From positions 42,470,001 to 42,534,000 of the forward strand of contig NC_043012.1 of the NCBI RefSeq assembly GCF_006345805.1: a stretch of 64,000 nucleotides of DNA, read 5' to 3'. Under the pieces are notes generated by a model that searched no databases, was not told the origin of the DNA, and saw only the letters and a list, made by a program, of their open reading frames with translations. Positions 12,944 to 25,966 of this stretch are shown here, one piece after another; the first letter of the stretch is position 1, and every line of letters begins with the position of its first letter. A program made the translations under genes and the position numbers. The stretch is from Octopus sinensis. Taxonomy: Eukaryota.

Positions 12944-13383
12944 TAGACGCGTGCGCGTGTGTGTTTATGCGTAGAAACATAGTTTCACAGGCGCACACGC
13001 ATATGCTGAGTGAGTTAACGAAGAAAGTAGCACTCAGCACGTTTCGGTAGAGTTATATGTATTCAATAATGGTCTGATTCAGTTCCATGTCACTTCAAGT
13101 TTCGTAGCCATAGGACACGTTCTGCGAAATTCACTCACGTTCAATTAATTTAACTAAGATCTCCTGGAATACGATATGATGGTTCGAAAGAGAAGCGAAC
13201 AATGTTGCATGAAGATAACCAAACCATAAAATAACAGCAATGTTAATCAATGGTAGAGAATTCAGTGCAAAGACAAGGGACCGCAACAGATGCAAGAAAT
13301 AGGTTTGCCACGTTTCCTACTCTACTGTCGTATGAAATTAACGACAATTGCCTGGCATGAGAATATATTTGTTTTATTTACAG

Positions 13384-13488
13384 ACTGCATGATGTTTACC
13401 AAGGTTCTGAAAAGAGAAGGAAGTCTAGGAAAAATTTCTTACCAGCATGTGACGGTGCCATCCTCGACATGGACTATTCTCCAACTCA
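13384..13488 (+). CDS. WD40-repeat protein, internal exon A
   Basis: TTTACAG acceptor and GTGAGT donor. Encodes LHDVYQGSEKRRKSRKNFLPACDGAILDMDYSPT; the terminal CA joins the A of the next exon to give Gln. Confidence 0.85.
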
Positions 13489-13509
13489 GTGAGTAGGTTA
13501 CACGATCTT

Positions 13510-14520
13510 CTGATTCCTTTAGGATTTCTTATGAAAGCGTAGAAAGGGCACATAGTAATACAAGGTACAAGGTTTTCGGGCGAATGGAAGAAGACATTAA
13601 ACTCTCTCTGACACATGTCACTTAACTATAAAGAGCTATTATTATTTCTCATTATCACACGTTTTGTTAGAACTCCTGGAGTCTTGCATGCGGAGCAGGC
13701 TTCCTACTTGCAATCTACTGTACCATGCTATCCGTTCTTTTCAGCTGTCTAATACTTTCCTGATTAATCTGGCCATACCGAGGCAAACCTCTACTCCAAT
13801 TTCCTGTATAGTCTCCTTGATGTCTTCTGATACTGTTACAAAGGACTTAAGAATAATTGGCACTATCTTCACCTTCTTCATTTTCCATTTTGGGGCTATC
13901 TATCTTTTCGCCTTCCTTCATAATCGCACCAAGACACTTTTCAATGGTGCTTTCCTCCAGGTGTTCAAATCTTTTTTTCTCTACATTGTATACTTTATAG
14001 ACAATAATCTTTTCTTTCATTTTATTTTTTATTTCGTTTGGTGGTGTTATCCTAGATTCACCGTCTTTGTCGGTGATCAATCCGAAATAGGTTTGTATTT
14101 CTTCCATTTTAATTTTAATGAGTTCGCGCCCGCCGACGACTGCAGCGAAATTCATTTTTGGACTTTCTTTTATCGAAAACATTTTAACAAAAATGCTTCC
14201 GTATAAACGGTGAAAATATTGTCAATTTCCCCAAACAGGGACAGAATTCAATTTTTAAACAATAACCAAAGCTACGGTTTACAATTATTTAACAAATGCA
14301 ACACAACAACGTTTCTCTTACGAGGAACCAACAAACCTGATAACAATAGTTAAACAGTAATAATAATAACAACAAACCTTACAATGAATCAAAAACCAGT
14401 ACTCAGTTGAAGCTATAGTCCTTTATGTATAAGAAATAAACCAACAGCAGTACTCAGTAGAAACGGCTGTTCGAGAAAACAGACATTACATACAGCCAAA
14501 CTTCATATAGATACTTAATT
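13510..14520 (-). mobile_element. Internally deleted Tx1-type ORF1 element
   Basis: ORF 14182-13847 (NFAAVVGG...IVYKVYNVEKKRFEHLEESTIEKCLGAIMK) matches the Tx1 ORF1 N-terminus and jumps to a C-terminal-like block (KSFVTV). It is followed by a Tx1-like 3' UTR. No ORF2 and no TSD found. Confidence 0.6.
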
Positions 14521-15556
14521 CTAGCTAATTAGCAGATAATCTAATGTAAAAGCCGTGGTAAACTAAAGTATAATATAATTATTAAATCGTAACATAACAA
14601 TTAAAAGTAAAAATAGCAATTGGTATAAAATTGCATCAATGATTTGAACTTGAATAAGTGGTTTCCCATGAATGGGAATAAATTAAAAATAAAATTAGCG
14701 TGCAGAAATGGAATAGTCCAGATAGATAATAAAAAATTAAATTAAAGAAAAGACTATTGTCTATAAAGTATACAATGTAGAGAAAAAAAATTTGAACACA
14801 TGGAGGAAAGCACCTTCGAAAAGTGTCTTGGTGCGACTATGAAAGGTATCTAATCAGAGGCGGTAAATTCGTCACATTAGAAGCAAGGTTCGAGTCAACG
14901 GAGCGTGCAAGGGAGTACTCGACTCGAACTTGCAAAGTGGAAATATTTTATTTTTACCTTTATATCTGGGACGTAGGACGTCCCGGAAAAAAATTTTAAA
15001 TCCACCCCACCCCTCACCCCCAGAAGTAGAGGTATGCTGGATTGTAGCTACACTTCTATACAAGAGGGCGGACAAGATACAATTGATCGAAATTACAAGA
15101 GACGGGCTAACAATTCCAGTCTGTTATATATTTTGAGTATTGTTATCACTAGCGATATCAAGATATAACTTTGTATTTTGTATTTTATGCGTAGATGTAT
15201 ATATATAGATGTACATGTAATATGTACACATATATATACACATATATACATGCACTAGCACTATGACCCGGCAACGTCGGGTCTTTAATGCTAGTTGTCT
15301 ATGAAGTATACAATGTAGAGAAAAAAGATTTGAACACATGGAGAAAATCAATTTTTTGCGTTATTAGTAAGTTGATATATTTTTGCTCTCGTACTATTAT
15401 CTCTGTTATTATATACTGTTGGTCTACCTGTTTTGTCTATTGTTGTCTAACTGACGAAGTCAGCCTTCGCGCGAAGACTTCGCGTTGGTGTTCCCCCCTC
15501 CGTGGGGGAAAACTACAATTAATTTGGATTTACCAAAGGCTTGTTAAAACCATTTG

Positions 15557-16940
15557 TTCAAGATGGAGTCCCCCATCTCTTATTCGCCCGTGACGAGCGA
15601 GGATGAATACCCGGCGTTGTCGCCAAGAAAAAAAGAGGCGTTGTCGCCAAGAAAAAAAGAGGCGTTGTCACCGAAGAAAAAAGAGGCGGCGTCGCCCAAG
15701 AAAATGGAAAAACCAGTACCAGCATCAACTCCAGCGAAAAAATTCGCTGAAGTGGCTGGGAAAAAGATTAAAAAAATAAATATAGAAAATTTGGAAAAAT
15801 TTGCAGACTGTGTAAAAAAAGAGGGCACAGAAGTGACTGTGGCCACAAACATACAAAAACATGACGATATAGAAAAAAAAAGAATAATATATAAAACTTA
15901 CGACACAACGACAAAAATGATCCAAAAAATCGAAGAAAAAAAAATAGAGTTTTGTCTAAAACCTTTTATGGATAAAATAACGTATATAAACAGAGGAAAA
16001 AGATTCGGCACAGTGGAGGTGCGTTTTACTACGGAGGAGATAGCGAAGAAACTATCGATGGAGCCGATCAAAGCGGAAAACATTGTCTTACTACCATTGT
16101 ATAAAGGAAAAAGGACGTCGAAAATTTCAATGAACAACATACCGCCAGAGGCAGATGCTGAATGTCTGGTGGCAGCAGTGATGGTAGGTCTGGAGGAAAA
16201 ATAAACATCCTCCAGGCCACAGTGGAGGAAGAGGAGTTTTGGAAAGGGCAGAAAATAGTGATAGCCATTCAGGCGGAGGTGCAAACACTGGAAGAAATTC
16301 CAGAAACGGTAAAGATTAGTGAAGACGAGAAAATAACAGTTTTCGTGGAGGGCAGGAAGCCGAGGTGCTTCGGCTGCGGCAAGAAGGGTCATGTAAGGGC
16401 GGAATGCCAACCCCAACCCAAACCGCAGGAAGCACCTAAGCCAAAAGAAAAAGAAGATAATGTGTCACCAGAAGCAGCGTCGGACGGCCCAGAAGGGAAG
16501 ACTGAAGGTGTGGAGGTGACGGTGACAGCAGAACCAGCGGCGGAGGAAAAAAAGAGCGAGGAAAAAATAAATGAGGAGGGGTGGGCAAAAATTACCGGAA
16601 AAAAAAAAGAAAAACGGAAACCACCCCTCCCAGAGTAATTTTAAAAAAGAAAAAAGAGTCAATGAACTCGTATATGACCGTAAAGGCAGCAAATAGCAGA
16701 CTCGGAAACGTGTTGGCAGCCATGGCCAAAGTGGAGAAAGTAGTGAAAAAAAACGACTTTGTAATTTACAGAATAGGCCGGAAGGATTACGGGCGGATAA
16801 AGTCAGAATTCTTCCATGACGTAGGCCCACTTAGATTGGATGTGACATCTCCACATATATTCGAGGGCCTACGTCAGACTCCCCCACGAGGCCCAGAAAA
16901 AGAGTTAGAAGAACAAGAGAAAACCGAACCACTGATATAA
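15557..16940 (+). pseudogene. Tx1-type ORF1 (CCHC zinc knuckle), two frameshifts in A runs
   Basis: Three overlapping frames (15554-16204, 16162-16638, 16581-16940) join at poly-A tracts near 16197 and 16600. Contains CFGCGKKGHVRAEC. Confidence 0.85.
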
Positions 16941-16948
16941 GGTAAGTA

Positions 16949-19900
16949 ATGGATTACATTATGTTGGTTGTTTGAATGTGCGCGGCCTGGGAGCAGGCTG
17001 GAAGCAAGGTCGCTTCTTGCATGATATCAGGTCGCGTAATTTAGATGTTATTGTTGCTACAGAAACCCGGTTAGAGGGGCCAAGAGGTCTACTCCCGCTG
17101 TTTGACGGCTACGAGAGTTTTTTCTCTCCTGGCAGTCCTACAGGCGGGAGTGGGGTGTTGGTCCTATTAAAAAGAAACCGGGTTTCTGAGAAAAAGTTAA
17201 TTTTTGCAGATCCAGAAGGTAGGCTGGTCGTCATGGATTTGACGTTCAGTAATGGTAAAGTTATCAGACTGGTTGCAATTTACGCACCCAACCATACAGG
17301 GCAAAGTGATTATTTTCGTGAACTAGAAAACTTTCTTGGTACTTCGCATTCATTAGTGGTGCTAGGAGACTTTAACACAATTTGCAAAGCGGATGTAGAT
17401 TGTGTTGGCTCGCGTCCAGATAGAAAAGGCAACAGTGGCTTCATGGAACTGCTAAGCCGCTTTGAGCTAGCAGATCCTTATAGGCTGGAATTTCCGAACG
17501 CTCCATTGTGGACATGGTCAAACAGCGACGGATCTTCCAGGTCATATTTAGATAGAATACTAATTAGAAAAGTAGACAGTAAAATAGCTAAGTGTCCACA
17601 GTTTTACCCGATCAGCTACAGTGATCATAAAATGGTCACTTGTAAGCTTGACATAGATAAGGTTAAAAATAGAGGATCCGGTTACTGGAAACTTAATACG
17701 TCCCTTTTGGCGATTAAGGAGTACAAAGACCGGATTAGGAATATAATTCAGAGGGCACTATCTGGTACCATCATTAATAACAAATGGTGGTACGCCCTCA
17801 AACGAGCCATCAAGTTTGAGTCTATTAGATATAGCATAGGAGTAGTGGCTAGAGAGGCTAGAAGGGAAACTACTCTAGTTAAGGAATTAGAGGAAGCCAT
17901 GAAAACTGGCTCTGCGGCTCAGGTGGCGTCCAAGAGACTGGTGTTAAACCAGCACCTCGAGGCCAAACACATGGGCTGCATTGTCAGGGCTAGAATCCGC
18001 CATATGGGATGTGAAGGAATCAACGCTGTGAGATGGGCCCGAGTGATGGAAGCTCAGCATGGTAACGATGCCACGATTCGATCTTTGACGAACCAAGGTG
18101 AGTTGATAAACGAACCCGAGGAGATGTGTGAGGCCTTTCAGGAGCACTTCGCTCAGCTTTTCGGTGAGTGCGGCGGACTGGATAGGAGGAGGGCCTTTAC
18201 GGACCTACTCGACGGGCTGCCGCGCTTATCGGGGCGAGATGCGGAGGGCTGTGAAGGGCCAATCACGCTTGAGGAGGTGGTTGAGGCAATGGCGGACTGC
18301 GGCGCGGGCAAGGCGCCGGGTTTGGATGGTCTACCCTATGAGTTATATAAGAGTATGCCAGACTTGTTCGGGCACCTACTGGCGGAGGTCTATGCGAACT
18401 GGCAGCAGAACGGGCTTATACCCAGATCTGTGCGCCGGGGAGTAGTGACTCTCGTCAGACAGGACCCGAGCAAGGGGGAGTGCATTGATAATTTCAGGCC
18501 CATCACTCTGCTAAACACAGAGTTGAAGATTTTGGCCAAAGTGTTATCGAAAAGATTGGCGCGTGTCGCGGATGGTCTGATCGGAGAGGCACAGACATGT
18601 GCCGTTCCGGGCAGATCCATTCAGGATAATCTCCATCTAATGCGGTACACTATAGAGGGGTTTAATAGTGATTCTGGCAAGGGTGGGGCACTGGTCCATT
18701 TAGACCAATCTAAAGCTTTTGATAGGGTCGACCATCGTTACCTGGTATCTGCCCTGGCACAGTTTGGGCTGAGCCTTGGCTTCCTCAGGTGGATTATCCA
18801 AATTTATGATAACATCGACTCGGTAGTTCGGGTGAACGGCTTCTTGTCGAAGCCGTTCAAAATCAAACGCTCGGTTCGTCAAGGGTGTCCGCTCTCCCCG
18901 CTTTTGTACGTGATGGCTCTTGAGCCATTACTGCGAAAACTGAGCGGCATCCCGAGACAGCCAGGTAATGGAAAATCAGTGTCAGCGTACGCGGATGACA
19001 TCACCATCATCGTAACCGAAATGGACCACCTATGTAAAGTAGGCAAGGCCATAGAGGTTTACGAGACGGTGACAGGAGCAAAAGTTAATCGCGAAAAGTC
19101 AGTCGGCTTGCAACTCGGCACCTGGAGAGGCAAGTCGATGCCTCCTGACAGCGTCGTGGGACGTTGGACGGAGGGTCCGATTAAACTGCTAGGGGTCTGG
19201 TTCGGTCCAGACCTCCAAATAGAGAAGAATTGGGGCGAGGTAACGAGCAAGGTGGCTGCAGTAGCCAAGACCTGGTCTTGGCGGTGGCTATCCCTGAAAG
19301 GGAGGGCGGAGGTGGCCAATGTGTTTATCGCATCGGTTATCACCTACCGCCTTTCCGTCGTTCCTTGCCCTGATTCGTGGTTGATCAAGTTGGAAAGACA
19401 GCTCTTCTACTTCTTGTGGAAGGGCGGGAAACCACTTGTGAAACGCTCTACTTGCTGTCAACAACCATGAAAGGGTGGGCTAGGGATGCCTTGGCTGATG
19501 ATGCGCAGACATGCGCTGAGGTTAAGACATCTGTGGCTCTACCTGGATGGTGAACGGGTGTGGTCTTCGCTAGCAAAACTGATGTTTCCCAAGTTCACTA
19601 GTTTCGGTGGATGGGAAACCTGGCTGAATCGTAGATCGAAACTTGGTACTTGGTACACGGAGTGTCGCAAGGCTCTCCTGCTATTCCGTCGCTCGGGCAA
19701 CGCCTGCGGTGGGGGTTCCACCACATTCTTCTATAGAGGGTTGGTAGAGGCGGAATGTGAAGATACCTTGGGGGAAACCCTAGGTCTCGACGATAATCAG
19801 CTGGCCAGTCTGTTCCGACGTACGTTCGAGCCGAGAACACTGGACAACTTCCAGAAGTCTCTGGCATGGCAATGCTACAGAGGAGCTCTACCTGTTCGGG

Positions 19901-20340
19901 ATAAACTCGCAAGGCACGGTGGCCAAGACAGTCCGATATGTCCAAGATGCGGGCGGGATAGGGAAACCGTCCCGCACGCTATTGTTCATTGTCCGGACGT
20001 GTCTGAGGTGTGGGTTTATGCCGAACAGCTGTTGTCAGGTACACGAAGAGTACAGCTGTCGACTGAGTCGATTACAAAAATTGACCCACCGGATTTCCTC
20101 GTGAATGAAGGTAAGTTTCGTTTTCTCGTTGTAGTAGCAATTGCGAAAGAGGTGATATGGAAGACGAGAATGAAAGGTTTACAGTCAGGCAAGTTCATCT
20201 CCGGCCCTGGTTTGATGAATTATTTCATCTTTCACCTGAAAAGGAAGATAGGGCTGGAGAGAATATGCCTGACTAGGAGAGTGTATGAAGAACGATGGAA
20301 GGATGTAGCACGAAAGTTGCGAGTGAAAGATACAACATAA
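16949..20340 (+). pseudogene. Tx1-type ORF2: APE endonuclease, reverse transcriptase, C-terminal CCHC
   Basis: NVRGL, ETR, GDFN, SYLDRIL, SDH; FRPITLLN, DQSKAFDRV, RQGCPLSP, YADD; CPRCGRDRETVPHAIVHC. There is one in-frame TGA at 19468-19470, and the ATG at 16949 is one base out of frame. Confidence 0.92.
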
Positions 20341-22041
20341 ATGTAATACCAAGCGCAACCAAAAGTATCAGTGGGGAGGCGGGGCTCGTGGGGTCCGAGC
20401 TAAACCGCACCCACTCCACCCGTAATGTCTTCCGGTCTGTCCCATCATTCGATTTCTGTCCATTTATTGTAATTCATGAAAATTTTTAAATTCGATTTAT
20501 TGTAAAAACCCATTCGTGTGTCTGACCCGATCATCAGATTGTATTGTCCCATCTATGTTCGCCCCTTGTGGGTAATAATAAAACAACATGGAGGAAAGCA
20601 CCTTCAAAAAGTGTCTTGGTGCGACTATGAAAGGTATCTAATAAGAGGCGGTAAATTCGTCACAATAGAAGCAAGGTTCGAGTCAACAGAGCGTGCAAGG
20701 GAGTACTCGACTCGAACTTGCAAAGTGGAAATATTTTATTTTTACCTTTATATCTGGGACGTAGGACGTCCCGGAAAAAAATTTTAAATCCACCCCACCC
20801 CTCACCCCCAGAAGTAGAGGTATGCTGGATTGTAGCTACACTTCTATACAAGAGGGCGGACAAGATACAATTGATCGAAATTACAAGAGACGGGCTAACA
20901 ATTCCAGTCTGTTATATATTTTGAGTATTGTTATCACTAGCGATATCAAGATATAACTTTGTATTTTGTATTTTATGCGTAGATGTATATATATAGATGT
21001 ACATGTAATATGTACACATATATATACACATATATACATGCACTAGCACTATGACCCGGCAACGTCGGGTCTTTAATGCTAGTTGTCTATGAAGTATACA
21101 ATGTAGAGAAAAAAGATTTGAACACATGGAGGAAAGCACCTTCGAAAAGTGTCTTGGTGCGACTATGAAAGATGTCTAATCAGAGGCGGTAAATTCGTCA
21201 CAATAGAAGCAAGGTTCGAGTCAACGGAGCGTGCAAGGGAGTACTTGACTCGAACTTGCAAAATGGAAATATTTTATTTTTACCTTTATATCTGGGACGT
21301 AGGACGTCCCGGAAAAAAATATATAATGCTCCCCACCCCACCGAAGTAGAGGTAGGCTTGATTGTAGCCACACTTCTATACAAGAGGGGGGACAAGATAC
21401 AATTGATCGAAATTACAAGAGACGGACTAACAATTCCAGTCTGTTATATATTTTGAGTATTGTTATCACTAGCGATATCAAGGTATAACTTTGTATTTTG
21501 TATTTTATGTGTAGATGTATATATATAGATGTACATGTAATATGTACACATATATATACACATATATACATGCACTAGCACTATGAACCGGCAATGACGG
21601 TTCTTTAATGCTAGTATGATATAAAGAATTAAATTCGTAAAATAAAAACTGAAATATTCAAATTTGAAATACTAAATTTGAAATATTAAATTAGAAATAC
21701 TAAATATGAAACATTTAATTAGAAATATCAATTTCGAAAAACGAAATATTAATTTAAAGCCTTAAATATAGGATTTTGTATATGAAATATTAAATCTCAA
21801 ATATCACATTTTTCAAATTAACTACTTAATTTGAAAAATGTCATATGACGAATGAAATTTAAAATGCAAAATTTGAAATATTAATGAAATAATATACTTG
21901 AAATATTAATATAAATTATGAAATATTAGCTCAATAAAATATAAAATATTGTTTCAATGTATTAAAAAAATATGAAATAAATTCGTGATAACAAATATCA
22001 ATTAAAACTAATTAAATACCAACAATATGTCATTTTGCTAG

Positions 22042-22225
22042 AAAAGAATTCATCTACGGTTCTTGTGACAGTATGGCCTATATCCGAAAATTCTCCACCA
22101 GAACTGATCAAATGTTACTACAGAATACACTTCAGGGACACGGGGGTGATGTTGTGGCATGTAAATGGAATCCCTTCATTAACAAATGGATTACAGCTGC
22201 GGAAGATGGAATCATCAGAATTTGG
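22042..22225 (+). CDS. WD40-repeat protein, internal exon B
   Basis: TTTTGCTAG acceptor and GTAAAA donor. Encodes KEFIYGSCDSMAYIRKF...LQGHGGDVVACKWNPFINKWITAAEDGIIRIW (GH...W-type repeat end). Confidence 0.9.
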
Positions 22226-22375
22226 GTAAAACTTTTTTCTTCGTTTCACGGTTTTTTAAATTGACTTGTGTGTGTGTGTGTGTGTGTTGCGCGCGCGCGT
22301 GTGTGTATGTGTGTGCGTGCGTTTGTGCGTGTGTGTGTGCGTGCGTGCGTGCGTGTGTGTTTGTGTGTGTGTGTA

Positions 22376-22411
<36 letters not shown>

Positions 22412-23539
22412 ATATTGTGTATTATTGAGTTTTGTTTTCTGAATAAGATTATTCTCGTTCTAAACGTCAACGGTTCTTTTTGCTCCCGGAGCTTCAGACA
22501 GTCACCTTGCGCAAGACATTGATTCTCGCTGCTCTAGTCCACCTTACTAAGTATTGATGGAATGAAGTTTACTTTTGAAAAGACAGAAATACTCGACTTC
22601 TGTATCCATAGATAACATTATCCATATCATTATCTAGAGATATTTTACTTTATTTTCTACATTCCGATAACTCACAAACCGGACGTCTCATTTCTCTTTG
22701 AAACCCAAATTTGTAATATTTTTCTCTGACACATCTATGTTGTCTAGGCTTCATCCTACACGCAAAATTTATCTTGAAAGGCGATTTTTTTCACTTATAA
22801 AGAACCTAATTCCTTGCTTACAACTAAACAAAACAACGTTGAAGCTTTGAAACAAGAAAATGAATCCTTTGAGGACTTTAATGTGAAAAACTTGTCTTAG
22901 CTTTTTCATGGCGCCCAAACCAACACTGGCATAGCAGAAAGCGAATAATTTGCCAACCATATTAAACTGTACGCACCAGTTAGTTATCTGTATTACTCAC
23001 AATTAGGCTAACGCAAAGTCACTCAGTTATCTTCCTTGCTATATCCATCTGAATGCTTCACACAACCAAAGTCCTCCGTCGCACAAACCGTCAAATGGTT
23101 CGTTTGCAACTATACAAACATTTTTGGACACAACTTCAGACTGTCTGGGCGCATCCCCCACCACCACACATACACATTGTAAAATTCATGGAGATTGGGG
23201 TTTTAGGTATTTTACAATAAATATGTCTCTCCTAATCAACAAATCGTCATTTGAGTCTCCCAATCAACAATGGTACCTTGTTATTCCTAAAATTGCTATA
23301 CGCGAATAATAGTAAAAATTGAGGACAAGACATTAAGGCACTTAAAAATAAGTATATATGGCAGGCAATTAAGGGATTAAATATAGGCATTTAAGGCACT
23401 AAAATAAGCATTTATACCACCAACAAATGTGGATTTAAACAAGTAAACGTAGCATTTATAAGGAACGTAGGTGTTTGTGGCACTAAAAATTAGTATTGTG
23501 TAACGAAGAGGAAGTACTGCATAACAAGATATGCTGATG

Positions 23540-24625
23540 GGATCGTAAATATAGTCATGAAGTGAGGGTTAAGCCTGTTTATTATTCAGTAGAAAGTGTT
23601 TATAACTCAAGTAATAAAATGAAATTAGTCAAAATGAAAATATTTATTACAACGTAAAATATGGTAACATAATTTTGCATTATTTGATTAATGGAATTTA
23701 TAATCCATATGAAACAGAAAAGTTTTAATAAGCAAATATATAGATAGAAAAGAGAACACGCTTTCTAAAAATAAAACTTTAAGAACTTTTGCAATATCAT
23801 TAATCTGTTGTCGGCTAGTATTGGCATCAATCACTTTTTGGCACTTTTTAGATATGTGTCTGCCCCTCTCTCCGAGAGTACTCCTTACCTTTTCAACTGT
23901 GCTGTTAAACAAAGATAGAGCTCAGATTTTCTAAAGCTAATATAGTTTGTGGTAGTGTTTTAAAATGTGCAACAATAAAGAAGCGATCGCCATGAACACC
24001 GGAGTTACGAATCAAATCTTGGACAATACGTGTAGAAGAAGCTTAACGGTATCAACATTTGAGGAATAATATGCAGCAGCGATTATCCGCGTTCCCCATC
24101 TTGTGAGAATGGGTTACGGAGGTAAACTCAGTGCTGGTGCATGCTCGCAGAAAAGTTCACACTTACATGGAGATTTAAGAAATATATTTTTACCATTTTG
24201 CAATCAACCTGTCAGCATCTGGAAATTGTAAGCGTACTTCTTCGGAAATTCTATGCAATCCATATATTAAACATGTTACATGGATCATGCGACGAAGCAG
24301 TGTCTTTTTCATAAAAGATACAGCATCTGTCACAAATAGTAAGACATTGTCATACTTGAAACCATCAGTCCATGGTAATGCTAAAGAAGAAGTGAATAGA
24401 TGAGTGATAGAACTATTAATAGCAGTAAGAAATTCTGGTGTTAATAAATGCATATTAGGGCTATCGGACTTTTCTAAAGTACCTACAATAACATTCACAA
24501 GGTACCTTCCCAACAAGTCAGTGGTTTCATCTATCGAAATTCAAATTCCAAGCAGCGATTATCCACATCCCCATCTTGTGAGAAGGGATTGCGGAGGTAA
24601 ACTCAGTGTTGGTGCATATTCGCGA
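23540..24625 (-). pseudogene. Degenerate hAT-superfamily (DUF659-type) transposase
   Basis: SIDETTDLLGRYLVNVIVGTL, VLLFVTDAVSFM, MIHVTCLIYGLHR, LPPxPILTRWGT. Contains stops, frameshifts and a displaced duplicate of the TRWG block. Confidence 0.7.
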
Positions 24626-25160
24626 GAGTGTGGTGTGTATATACTTAACTAGCTGAAAAGCCGCCCAACAGGGCAGCTTTTAAACTAGCTCCTGTGGAGA
24701 GCTCCTCATTAGGTCTTGGGACCCAACATGACACTTCATGCATTGAGTATATATTAAATTTTATTAAATTTGAACAATATTTTTCAAGTAATGAACAATT
24801 TTCATCAAAACAATAATATAATTTGTCGACTTAGAATTTATTGCAAAGCTGTATGATAAACAACAGTACCACCACCATCACCACCGCATCTGCAATCCAC
24901 ACACCATTCAGACTTTTGACGCCACTACCACCAATACATTTGACTTTGCCGCCTTTCCTTCCATCACCACCACCGCTGTCTTTCACATCGCTTATTCTCA
25001 TCGTTATTCCTGACCACAACTACCATCATCACCGCCGCCTCCACCTCTATCACATATACAGCTCATGCTATTACTATCACCCCATTACCATCACAAAAAG
25101 GCTAAATGTGTTTGCAAAAGAATTCAATGTTCAGTATGTTTCTCAGTATGTTATATATAT

Positions 25161-25307
25161 TATATTAGAGACAAAACCACTATTAGGCAAATCAAACAAT
25201 GAAAGACTTAAGCCAATACATATGATTAATTTATATTATTTAAATATGTAACAAAATTAAGTCGTTCATTGTTTGATTTGCCTAATAGTGGTTTTGTCTC
25301 TAATATA
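25161..25307. mobile_element. MITE with ~45-bp terminal inverted repeats
   Basis: TATATTAGAGACAAAACCACTATTAGGCAAATCAAACAATGAA and its reverse complement, in a TA context. Related to 39043-39325. Confidence 0.8.
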
Positions 25308-25391
25308 ATATAATATAATATTTTACTATAAAATTGGATTCAATCCTAAATCTGATTTTTCCCTGTAAGTTTGGATTTATTCCCTAATATT

Positions 25392-25441
<50 letters not shown>

Positions 25442-25528
25442 AAGGGTAAAATCATAAATGATTTTTACCAAGTGGTCAGCACGGAAATGAAACCTTGTAG
25501 GTAAATTAATATAAATATTTTATAATAA

Positions 25529-25730
25529 TATACATAATTATAACAAGGCCTTGGCTTGCACCTCACCACGCACTGAAAAATAGACGTCAAAAGACACTAT
25601 TTCCACCGTAAATTCTCCGAGAAAAACACACTACATATAGGCTAGTAGAAGAAAGAAAATAGTGTCTTTTGACGTCTAACTTTCAGTTCGTGGTGATGCG
25701 CAAGTCAAGCCCTTGTTACAATTATGTATA
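25529..25730. repeat. Imperfect ~74-bp inverted repeat
   Basis: ATAACAAGG...GACGTCAAAAGACACTATT versus AATAGTGTCTTTTGACGTC...CCTTGTTAC, with a ~55-nt spacer. Confidence 0.75.
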
Positions 25731-25794
25731 TAATTATTATATATATACATATATATATAATTATACAATTATATACAATTATGTATATAATTAT

Positions 25795-25827
<33 letters not shown>

Positions 25828-25891
25828 TTCGTCTTTTGTTTATTTCCGTAAACCTGCCTTCGCCTTTTGTCTATTTTCATAAAGCTTCCCG

Positions 25892-25933
<42 letters not shown>

Positions 25934-25966
25934 ATAATTATTATTATATATATATATATATATATA

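Larger units (their letters stand above)
15344..20585 (+). mobile_element. Full-length Tx1/L1-clade non-LTR retrotransposon
   Basis: 8-bp TSD ACATGGAG (15336-15343 and 20586-20593), AATAAA at 20577, and 5' UTR-ORF1-ORF2-3' UTR organisation. Confidence 0.93.
14540..21614 (+). mobile_element. Helitron-like element with three tandem ~538-bp 3' units containing a Tx1 ORF1 fragment; unit 2 split by a Tx1 LINE
   Basis: Each unit ends in a 6-bp-stem hairpin plus TTTAATG-CTAG|T (15291, 21079, 21611). Units are 14758-15295, 15296-15343 plus 20594-21083, and 21084-21615. The candidate 5' A|TC at 14540 is less certain. Confidence 0.7.

Noticed and set aside
15463-15490. CTGACGA plus hairpin in the Tx1 5' UTR; also CTGATGA/CTGAAGA hits at 20531, 11117, 31880 and 56625
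   Set aside because: No correctly placed GAAA, helix III and NUH, so these are not hammerheads.
21620-22020. Degenerate ~15-bp AAATTTGAAATATTA repeat before exon B
   Set aside because: Ordinary low-complexity intronic minisatellite.
24076-24623. 73-bp direct repeats (24076-24148 and 24552-24623) flanking a transposase piece, suggesting LTRs
   Set aside because: The repeat itself encodes the hAT LPPxPILTRWG motif, so it is a rearranged duplicate of coding sequence.
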